Positions 1 through 64,000 of a DNA stretch of 64,000 nt are shown here, in pieces. The notes under the pieces are model-generated. The model saw nothing but the letters and a program-made list of their open reading frames with translations, made no database searches and had not been told where the DNA came from. Within the stretch, counting starts at the first letter, position 1. Each line of letters opens with the position of its first letter. This DNA is from the human T2T-CHM13v2.0 reference genome, Homo sapiens: NCBI RefSeq assembly GCF_009914755.1, contig NC_060938.1; one strand, written 5' to 3'. Made by a program: the position numbers and the translations under genes.

Positions 1-209
1 TTTATACCCAAAGGAGGAAATAATTTGACCCATACAGGACTTCTACTGGGCAGAGAAAAAAAAAGTTTTCTCAGAATGACATCCTAACCAACTCTCACGG
101 CAGACAGAAACCATGGTCCTTTTTACTCTATCATTATACTCTGGTCATGGAGAACGATTATGTCTTTAAATTATACCATATGCCTGTGGCATGACAATTA
201 ACCCATTAA

Positions 210-1065
210 ACAATTTTTTTAACAACTAGCATGTGCCAGACAGTGAACCTGTGATAGGTTCACAGTTTCTGCCTTCAATGAACATGTAACCTAGTAGGGA
301 AGAAAGGCCCGTAAACATTGTTTTACAGTGTGACAAGTGCTATACAAAGAGTATGTGCAAGCCCTAACCAGCATCACAAGAAAGAGAATGCTTATAATAC
401 TACCAGAGAGAATGAAAGTCTTCAAAGAGAAGATCTTTGATTTAAATCTTTAGGGAAGTATGGAGTATGCCATACAGCCAAGGGAAAAGGACATTTTAGG
501 GAGAGGAAACAGCCCATGCCAAAGTACAGAAACATCCATTCAGTTCCAGAGAACTATAGTTGTGGCCTGAACCTAGGGTCCTCTGTGGAGGTTGTGGCTG
601 ATGAGCATGTGAGGTAGGCAGGAGTCAGAGCATGGAAACCATTAATACCTTCCAAAGGGGTAAAGCATGAGCAGATTTACCTTTCAGGAGGCTGTCACAG
701 TAGTGTAGAGGATGAACTTGAGGGAAGACAGACTACAGGGAGGACATCAAGTTAAGGGGAGGTGATGAGGGCCTGAACCAAGGCAGAGGCAATTGGAATG
801 AGGAGGAGGAAAAAAAATGTGGTAAGACCTTTAAGAGGTATATGCAGAAGGATTTAATGAGTGAATGAAAATAGGGGGATAGAGTCAAAGATTGGTTGAG
901 GATAATAGCTCAACCAATAGAAGAATGGTGGTGTTACTTTTCAAGAGAAGGCATACATTAGGAGAAGGAGGCTGGTTGGAAAATATAATGAGTTCAATTT
1001 TGAACACACTGAATTTGAGATGCCTGTGGCACATTCAGATGGAGCTTTTTCATGTGGGCAGTTGG
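210..1065 (-). mobile_element. Degenerate L2 LINE fragment(s), boundaries approximate
   Basis: Purine-rich motifs typical of antisense L2, e.g. atgagttcaattttgaacacactgaatttgagatgcctgtgg. Confidence 0.5.
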
Positions 1066-1152
1066 ATTTTTTTTTTTTTTTTTTTTTGCACAGAAAAGAA
1101 GATAAGGATTTTTCACCATGAAGAAAACAATTGGTTTGAAAAGCACAAAGTA

Positions 1153-1476
1153 GGCCAGGCACGGTGGCTCATGCCTGTAATCCCAGCACTTTGGGAAGCC
1201 GAGGCGGGTGGATCACAAGGTCAGGAGTTCGAGATTAGCCTGGCCAATATGGTGAAACCCTGTCTCTACTAAAAATACAAAAATTAGCCGGGTGTGATGG
1301 CACGCGCCTGTAGTGCCAGCTACTTGGGAGGCTGAGGCAGAAGAATTACTTGAACCTGGGAGGCAGAGGTTGGAGTGAGCCCAGATTGTGCCACTGCAGT
1401 CAAGCCTGGGCAGCAAAGTGAGATTCTGTCTCAAAAAAAAAATAAATAAATAAATAAGAAAGAAAAAAGAAAAGAA
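1153..1476 (+). mobile_element. Alu, AluS type (Sg-like)
   Basis: ggccaggcacggtggctca start, dimeric body, A-rich tail; 15-bp TSD gaaaagcacaaagta at 1138-1152 and 1477-1491. Confidence 0.95.
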
Positions 1477-2998
1477 GAAAAGCACAAAGTAAGTTTGAAA
1501 TAACAAGTAGAGAGAAGCCAAGGAGAAAAGTTGAACCAAAGAAGAAAACGTGAAGAAGAGAGTCGTCAGCATTGTCAAATGCCATGTCAAGGTCAAGTTG
1601 AGAATCAAAACATGTCCGCTGTCTTTGGCCATTAGAAGGTTATTTTTGACCTTGTAGTGGCTTGAGGTGTTCTCAGTCCAGATGGCAGTGAATCCAGGAC
1701 TGAAAGCAGGTAGTGATGTGTTGCTAATGATTATCTAAAAGGTGTACCATAAAGGTATCTAAAAACAGCTATTCATAGAAGAATATAGGAGAGACTTTTT
1801 AAGATAGGAAAGACTTAATATTTATATACAGAAATAAAGGAGACCGTTGACAAGGAAATTTGGCAATAAATGAAAGAGGAAAATTTGACAGCAGTATTCT
1901 GAAAGAGACAGATAAGGATAGGATCAATACATAGGAAAAGGGATTTGTTTTGGACAAAAGGAAGAACACCTACTAAGACAGGAGTCAGAAGGGAAAGAAA
2001 AATACGTCTTTGAGAGGAGGGAAATAAGAAACATACATTTGATGGCACCACTGTTCTCTGTGAAAATGGGGTCAAGATCATCTACTGAGAGAGAGACCTT
2101 GAAAAGAGTGGTGAAAGTTTAGAATAGTAATGTCATGAATCTCGAGTCTCTAGTCCCACTCTCCTAGGAGAGGAAATTGAGGAAAATATAAAACATTTGT
2201 TGCTGAAGATCTAACTGAAGTTAGAGGCAATGCATTTGTAGTGACTTCAGCTCCATGCTGGTTAGGTGAAATTTTCCAGTAGCAATCCAAAGTGGAAAGA
2301 TTAATCCTATGCAGTTTGAGGTGTAAAAGCTATAGAAGTTCCTGGTGGCTTCTGGTTTTGTGGGGGAACTAGAGATGACCTTTAGCCTCTTAAATGGGCC
2401 AGCCCTGAAAGAGCTTCGAAGAGCAGGAGAGTAGTTACAAGCTGGCCAACAGGACATTCACCTCTTGATGAATTCAGTAACTTCATCTGGAACCCTTGAG
2501 TCCATTTGTGACTGGAGAAAACATACAAGACTTGTAAGTACCAGGAAGGCCTAGCATCCTTGTGATTCAGAAATAGTTATACAACTTATAGAATTTGGGG
2601 TTTTTAAATTAAATTGTATTTTTCTAATTAGCTGTTGAATTAGAATAAGATTTTCTGCTAAATAAGTGCATTGATGAAGAGAAAATAAGTTGAAGTGAGA
2701 GGTAAGATTTGTATCCCAAATAGGCATATTTTTCTTCCAAGGAAAAGTAGTCTCAAGTAAATGGAGAGCTATCCCTTGTTCTTGAGGATGACTCAAAACT
2801 GTAATATGGAAGTTCTCCCTAAATTAATCTTTACAATGCAACCTCAACCAAAATCCCAACTGCATTTTTTAAAACTAAATACAAAATAATCCTAAATTTT
2901 ATTTGGAAAAATAAATATGGAAGAATATCCAGGAAACTGCCAAAAAAGAACATGAGGTGGGAATTTAAAATATAAATCACAGTAATTAAAACAGATAC

Positions 2999-3399
<401 letters not shown>

Positions 3400-3844
3400 T
3401 CATTTAGAATATAACAAAGAGAATGATTTAATTCCTTCTACAATAGTTATCTTGGACAAAGGCAAGATAACTTAGAACACCATTTGGTGAATTTGGAGCT
3501 TTGAAGGGAAGCGTTTGTCCTTTGTGTGGTGGTGGGCAGCTAGGCTATCCTTTGGTAATCACAGACTTTAATCCAGTATATAAGGGTTTCTCTTTCCACG
3601 AGTAGAGGTGCTGCAAAACACTTTTTAAGCTTGGTGCACTATTCAAATAAACCTGGAAAGGTAAGACTATGGCCTGCATCTATGTATGGGCCTTTGATGG
3701 AGCTTCCAAATTCTTTCAGGTTGCTTTCTTGACTGGCTTCTCTTGCAGCCTATGCTGTAATATCCTGAGGTTGTCCAAGAATGGAGTAAAGATGAAATTG
3801 CCAATGGGAAGCAGGGAAGGAATGCGCGGCATTTCCTTCAATAT

Positions 3845-4400
3845 AGACCCATCATCTAACCACTGTCTCCACTGCCTCTACCACCACCCTACTCCAATCA
3901 CCATCCTCTCCCACTTACATTATTACAACTGCCCATTAACTAGTCTCCCTGCTTTTGCTCCAAACCCTACAATCTATTTTAAATACAGCAACCAGAGTGA
4001 TCTTTTTCAATACTTATGACAGTTCTTGTTACTCTTCAACTCAAATCCTCATATAGCTTTTCATCTTACCATAATAAAATACAAAATCCTCACAGAGTTC
4101 TACAAGATAGCACATGATTTGGCCCTGAAATACCTCTGTGACCTCACATCCTACCATTATTTATTTCTCTCAGTGTACTCCAGGCACATAATTTTCCTTG
4201 CTATTCTGCAAACATACCAAGTATACTCTCACTGCCCCCCATCCCAGCTTTTTTTTTTTTTTCCATTTGCTGTTTCCTTTGCCTGTATGCATTTTCTCCA
4301 GATTCCCGCATGGCTCACACTCACAATCCCTTATATCCTTCATTTCTTTGCCCAGATTCCACCTTATCATCTGATAAGGTCCTGATCTTCTCTTTCCTCC
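3845..4400 (+). mobile_element. L2 3' region fragment, approximate
   Basis: ccaccaccctactccaatcaccatcctctc...actagtctccctgct...cagagtgatcttttt matches the L2 3' end pattern. Confidence 0.65.
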
Positions 4401-4562
4401 CACCCCTGTCATTCTCTGTCTGGGGTTCTGTCTTATGCCTTCAATATGAATATTAACAAAGAGTCAATGAATGAACAAAGAGTCCAATGTATTAGGATAA
4501 TTTGCTGGCTGTATTTTTCTTTGTGGTGCTAGCTTGGGTCCCATCCCTCCTTCTTGACTCAG

Positions 4563-4946
4563 TGTCTTCGTCCATTTTGTGCTGCTATAATAAAATACCT
4601 GAAAATGGGCAATTTAAAAACAACAGAAATGTATTTCTCACAGGTCTAGAGGCTAGGAAGTCTAAGATCAAGGCATCAGCATCTGGTGTCTGCTTCCACG
4701 ATGATGCCTTGAAGTCTGCCTCCTCTGGAGAGAAGGAACAGTATGTACTCACATGGCCAAGTCAGAAGGGCAAAAAAGGGATGAACTTTCTCCATCAAGC
4801 CCTTTAAATGCACAGCTAATGGGCAGCTAATGCCATTTGGAAGGGGAGGAGCCCTCATAACCAAATTACCTCTTAAAGGCCCACCTCTTAATACTATCAT
4901 ATTGGCAACACCTGAAGTTTGAAGGGGACACATTCAAACCGTAGCA
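4563..4946 (-). mobile_element. MaLR solo LTR (MST/MLT1A-like)
   Basis: tgtcttcgtccattttgtgctgctataa...ggggacacattcaaaccgtagca; near-perfect 5-bp TSD ctcag/ttcag. Confidence 0.85.
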
Positions 4947-5159
4947 TTCAGCATGGTAGGGCAATGTCCTCAATTTACAAAGCATGAGTACAAATACAGA
5001 CTGTGTGCAATTTTCTGGTGCATTTCTCAAACTCCTTTGATTTGGTCCCTTATATATAATACACAGCTACCCCTTCCCAACCACTGCTTCTCTCAATTTG
5101 AAGATTTTTTAGAATTGTTTGGTGAAACTTCTTTCCCTGGTACCTTGAATTTTGGTCTG

Positions 5160-5517
5160 TAATATGGTTTGGCTGTGCCCCCACCCAAAATTTCATCTTG
5201 AATTGTAATAATCCCCACATTTCAAGGGCGAGACTAGGTGGACATAATTGAATCATGGGGGCAGTTTCCCCCATGTGTTCTTGTGATAGTGAATTCTCAC
5301 AAGATCTGATGATTCTACAAGGGGCTTCCCCCTTCACTCAGCTCTCATTCTGTCTCTTGCTGCCATGTGAAGAAGGTTGGTTTGCTTCCCCTTCTGCTGT
5401 AATTATAAGTTTCCTGAGGCCTTCCCAGCCATATGAAACTGTGAGTCAATTAAACCTCTTTCCTTTATAAATTATCCAGTCTCGGGCATGTGTTTATTAG
5501 CAATGTGAGAACAGACT
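5160..5517 (+). mobile_element. THE1 (MaLR) solo LTR
   Basis: atatggtttggctgtg start; gtgagtcaattaaacctc; ccagtctcggg...gtgagaacagact end. Confidence 0.9.
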
Positions 5518-7292
5518 CTGGTTTGTGTTAATGGGCTTTTTTCTCAATCTGATGTTGTCTGTGTCATATTTAAAGACTTCTCTCAATATTTCTGGCAATC
5601 ATTGCTCTTTTTGTAGCACTGCTATATTCTTTTCTTGTTTTCATATTTCTGTAGTCATTCTAGTGAGATTTGGGGAGGGAAGATAGGTAAATACATGGAC
5701 TCAAATCATCATCTTTTTTCTTAACATTTTAATTTATGTATATGCCAGCACATGTACATAATTTAGCATAAATGAATAAAAATGAGCATATAAATGCCTT
5801 TAAAATAAAAATTTAAGTAGAATTTCATTGAAGTATAGCATACATCCAGAAATCACACACATCATAGGTATCTAATTTTATTTTCAAATTGAACATAACC
5901 AGCACCTAGATCAAAAAATACATTGTTATGAACACTCTATAAGCCCCTCTTTTTGCCTCCTCTTAGTTGCTCTTCCCTGAAAGGTAACCAATATCCTAAC
6001 TTCTAATACTACAGTTTGTTTTAAAATCTTACATGAATTGAGTCATACTCATTATGAGTATTACTCATTGTGTGTCTCTTCTTTTGTTCAACATTTGTTT
6101 ACGTGAAACTCACTTATGTTGCAAATAACAGTAGTTGTTTCTTTCTCATTCCACTTTTAGGTAGAAACCCCAAAGAAATTTGTAGCTATGACCTGTATGA
6201 CAAAATGTTCAGAGAAGCACTATTTAACCCCCAACTGGAAACAGTCAAAATGTGTACCCATAGTAGAAATAATAAATAAATGTCTATACATTCAAACTAG
6301 GCAATTCTAAACATGCTTTTTTAAAAGTATCATTTTTTCTTTTCCATTTTTGCCTAGATCTCTCCCATCCAGCTTTACATTTGTATTCTGGCCACAAAGG
6401 CTTTCACCTGCATCTAAGGAAACTCATATTAACAACTTAGTATATATCTTTCCATATTTTCTCCTGACAATAATTATACATATACATGCATTTACATATA
6501 TACACATGTATACACACATGCCTATGGGGGAGTTGTTATTGTAAAGAAAGGGATTATACTGTATACCATTTTCTAAATCTCGCTTTGTCAGTTCATTATA
6601 TTAAAGGCAGGATTCTTATATTTTTTAGATAGTATGTATCTGGAATAATATACAGAAAATATTACAAATTATGAAAGTTGGATTAAGTTTCATCCAACTG
6701 AAGTATTAGTTGGTTCATATTCTCTAGAATGAAGGAGAAGTTGGAGTATTTATTTTAATAAACACTTATTACTATGCCAAAAATGTTGCTAAGCCCTAAG
6801 GATTCTTCTCTTTGCAGTCTAGGTATACTTAGAGAACTGTGTTCACGTTTAGACACCGCAGTGTAATACAAAGGACAACTAGAGCCTGTTCAAAGGAGAG
6901 AAACATGAGTATATAGTGAGAGAACTAACAACTTGAACTGGGAGTAAGATAAGAGTGTAGATGAGAGATGACCATTTTCTTCAAGTATTGAAGGCTCATC
7001 GTGTGGAAAAAAAGTTATACCGAGGAGGTATACTGACAACAAAAGGGAAGGAATTATGGAGAGAGAGATTTAAAATTAAAATAAAAAATAACCTCCTAAC
7101 AGAAAACTCCCTCAGAGTTTATACAGATACTTGGTAATATACTATGTGAAGATTTCAAACTACAGTTGGGTGGTTCAACCTCAGTAGCTTTAAGGTCTAT
7201 TTCAACTTGGAATGACAATGACTTTAATATTTATTTCATTTTTTCATTTTCCTTAAAAGTTATAATATTATGATCACTGTTTTTAATGGAAG

Positions 7293-61400
<54,108 letters not shown>

Positions 61401-61517
61401 TGAATTTGGAATCAGAATCTAGCATATGAAGTCAAAAGATACTAAACTGCCTGTCTGATGATGCCAGGTACAATGCTACCTAAAGCGTCCATTTCTCTTT
61501 TTCTACTTGGATTAAAT

Positions 61518-62130
61518 CAGTGCTCTCTAGTAGTAATATAATGTGAACCACATATGTAATTTTTACTTCTCTAGTAGCTATGTTTTTAAAAGCTTTTTTA
61601 AAAAGTAAAATTAATTTTAATAATACATTTTATTTAACTGAAATATCTTAGTTTGTTTTCTATTTCTATAACAAAATACCACAGACTGAGTAATTTATGA
61701 AGAGAATACGTTTATTTAGCTCATCGTTCTGGAGGCTGGGACATCCAAGATCATGGTGCCTGCATCTGGTGAGGGCCTTGCAGTGTCATAAAATGGCAGT
61801 GGGCATCACATGGCAAGAAGGCAAGAGCAAGAGAGCCAGAGAGAGCTGATTTTATAACAAATTTACTCCCAAGATAATAGACCCACTCCTCTGAAAGTGA
61901 CATTAATCCATTCATGAAGGCAGAGGGAGTAAGTTCCAACACATGAACTTTTGGGGGACACATTGAAACTATAGCACCTGCATATCTAAACTATTATCAT
62001 GTTAACATGGAACCAGTATGAATATTCATTAATAAGGTAATTTCATCCTAACTCTTAATTCTGAAGTATATTTTACACTCTGAGCACATTAAGACTAGTC
62101 ACATTTCAAGTGCTCAATAGCCATTTGAGG
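61518..62130. mobile_element. MER33-like element split by a MaLR LTR
   Basis: aattaattttaataatacattttatttaa resumes after the LTR; ends gactagtcacatttcaagtgctcaatagcca. Confidence 0.7.
61644..61976 (-). mobile_element. MaLR solo LTR (MST-like)
   Basis: tatcttagtttgtttt...ataccacagactgagtaattt...ttgggggacacattgaaactatagca. Confidence 0.85.
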
Positions 62131-64000
62131 TGGCCTTCCAATTAGCAAGGGATTTTATTCCTGAATAACCAATCAGCTCTCTTCAATAAGATAAAGGCAG
62201 ATAAGTTTTAAATAAGCTTCTAGAATTAATCAACATAGAATATGGGATCTTTACAAAATTAATCAATGGAAATCAGGTTACTTATTAAAGTGACTTACTT
62301 TATGCCGAGACAATTCTACTGAGATATTAGGCCTACTTCTATGTCTGACTTTTAGATGTGTTCATTTCAGATCTGCTGCTACCACTCTATCCAAACTACT
62401 ATAGTTTCTGACCTAGACTATTACCCCAGCCTTCCAACCAGACTCTCTGTACTCTACTATTGCAATATTGCACAACTCTAGAAGGCAAAATTCACATTAT
62501 ATTCTCTTTAGTGTGCCCTTTGGGTGTCATTCATTATATAACTGAATAGAACTCAATACAAGATAAGGGGAGTAGGATGCCTCTAGAGTTATGCAACAGA
62601 GGCCCTGTCCTGTGTCTGTAAATGTGCAGCATAATAAGAGCAATCTTCTGGCTGACAGTACTGAGAAATTATTATTTCTGCACTATAATATCTAGATTTA
62701 CTATTTTAGTAAGAAATTAGTTTACCTGAGTCAAAAACATCAATTTAGTGGAGGAAATAGATATGTGAACACATGTAGGAAGCTCAGAGTTACTGGGAGA
62801 GATTTATAGAAAGAGGTGAGCTTTGAGTGGATTTTGAAGGACATGAGAAATTTAGTTGTTTACATCTTCCAGAGAGAGAAAATATTCTTACTGTAGAAAC
62901 ATGCTTTTGAAAGATCCAGATGTCTTCAGGGAACACTGAAAAATTTAGTATGCCTAGAATATAGTGTTACAATGGTGGAGGGTAAAGATGTAGGTTGGAA
63001 TTCAAGAAAGACACAGGAAGCCAGGGCTGGAAGAGTATGAGGTTGTAGCCAAATTAGGATGGATTTTGGAAGCCAAAATTTAAAAGTTTATATTCTTCTG
63101 TTTAAGGAACAGACTCCCTTTAAAGACCCTAACTTTGACAGCTTGTGCATGGAATTAACTGAAATCAGACTGGTGGTATGGAAATTCAGTAGAAAACTAT
63201 TGCACTATCCAAAGGAAAAATCCATTCATTTCTTCACTGGATAACCAGAAAACCAGCTGCACTGTTACATCACCACTACCACTGCCTAAGTCTGCTAAGG
63301 CACTGATAGTGGTGATATAACGGTGTGGCCTGTTTGAGAAACAGTTCTACAATCAAATGTATAAAGAAAAGAGGGAAAGCAGGTGATCAACAGTATGTTA
63401 GATAGTGAAGCTCTTTATCAGACACATAGGGAAGATGAAATCAGTTGTGGACATGTTAAATGTGAGGTTTCTGTAGAATATATCATGGATGATACCCATA
63501 TGTGACTTGTAAAATCACTAGTCTGCATAAATTGGCCCTTAACAATTTTAGCTAATTTTGACAGCTATTAGAAATTTAATTGTTTCTCCCTTCTAGGAAT
63601 TTTGTTATGTCCACAATATAAGGCATAAGATGGTGGTGGTGAATGAAGATAGCTGGGAGATAGATACTTGATACTGTAGTCAGTTGCATTAATACATTGT
63701 CTTGTGCCCTTGTTTATTTTGCAAGCCATACATAAATACAGTCTTTACTTGATACCACTCATAATGGTATAAAGACAGAAAAACATATAGGCATCAGGAT
63801 CTCTCCTTTAGTATAAATGTGTAATAATATTTGTTTTTATATAGCCTAGAATGAAATGGACAAGAAAAGTCTGGGCCAAATTCTGATGTAGGTGTTGTCT
63901 TAAACAATCTCCCACCTCCTCCTTTGACCTTCTGTCCTCCTACTTCAGCACCCTCAGCTTTTCTTCTTTGGTTCGGTGCCCTCATACATTTTCCTGCCAT

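Noticed and set aside
892-1632. 126-139 aa ORFs on both strands
   Set aside because: Read-through of Alu and poly(T) sequence; typical Alu-derived peptides.
63580-63640. Strong acceptor-like site (ttctcccttctag) as next LRRC9 exon
   Set aside because: No LRRC9-like reading frame follows; the next exon is probably beyond 64000.
63794-64000. Minus-strand 68-aa ORF at the window edge, possible processed pseudogene
   Set aside because: No protein recognised and truncated by the window; needs a BLAST search.

Overview
Primate (human-like) genomic DNA, AT-rich and repeat-dense. It carries 15 consecutive + strand coding exons of LRRC9 (leucine-rich repeat containing 9), from the start-codon exon (ATG 7293) to an exon ending at 61361. 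All splice sites are GT-AG and the phases join into 697 uninterrupted codons; exon 1/promoter and the 3' part of the gene lie outside the window. The reconstructed protein is SDS22-like LRRs plus LRR cap (about aa 50-235), a coiled-coil region (about 245-375), then a segment (about 400-625) that follows the motif order of a PARP-type ADP-ribosyltransferase (ART) fold but with the H-Y-E triad apparently replaced by Y474-I511-K604, i.e. a candidate LRR-coupled pseudo-ART. Introns hold two tandem full-length antisense L1s (an L1PA2-like copy with intact ORF0 pointing into the gene, and an older L1PA7/8-like copy), truncated L1s, Alus, MaLR LTRs, MER DNA transposons and L2 relics. Other oddities: a ~75-bp L1 target-site duplication, an Alu and an L1 inserted at the same nick, overlapping uORFs at the start codon, and clustered perfect palindromes. 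Repeat subfamily calls and domain alignments were made by eye, with no database search.
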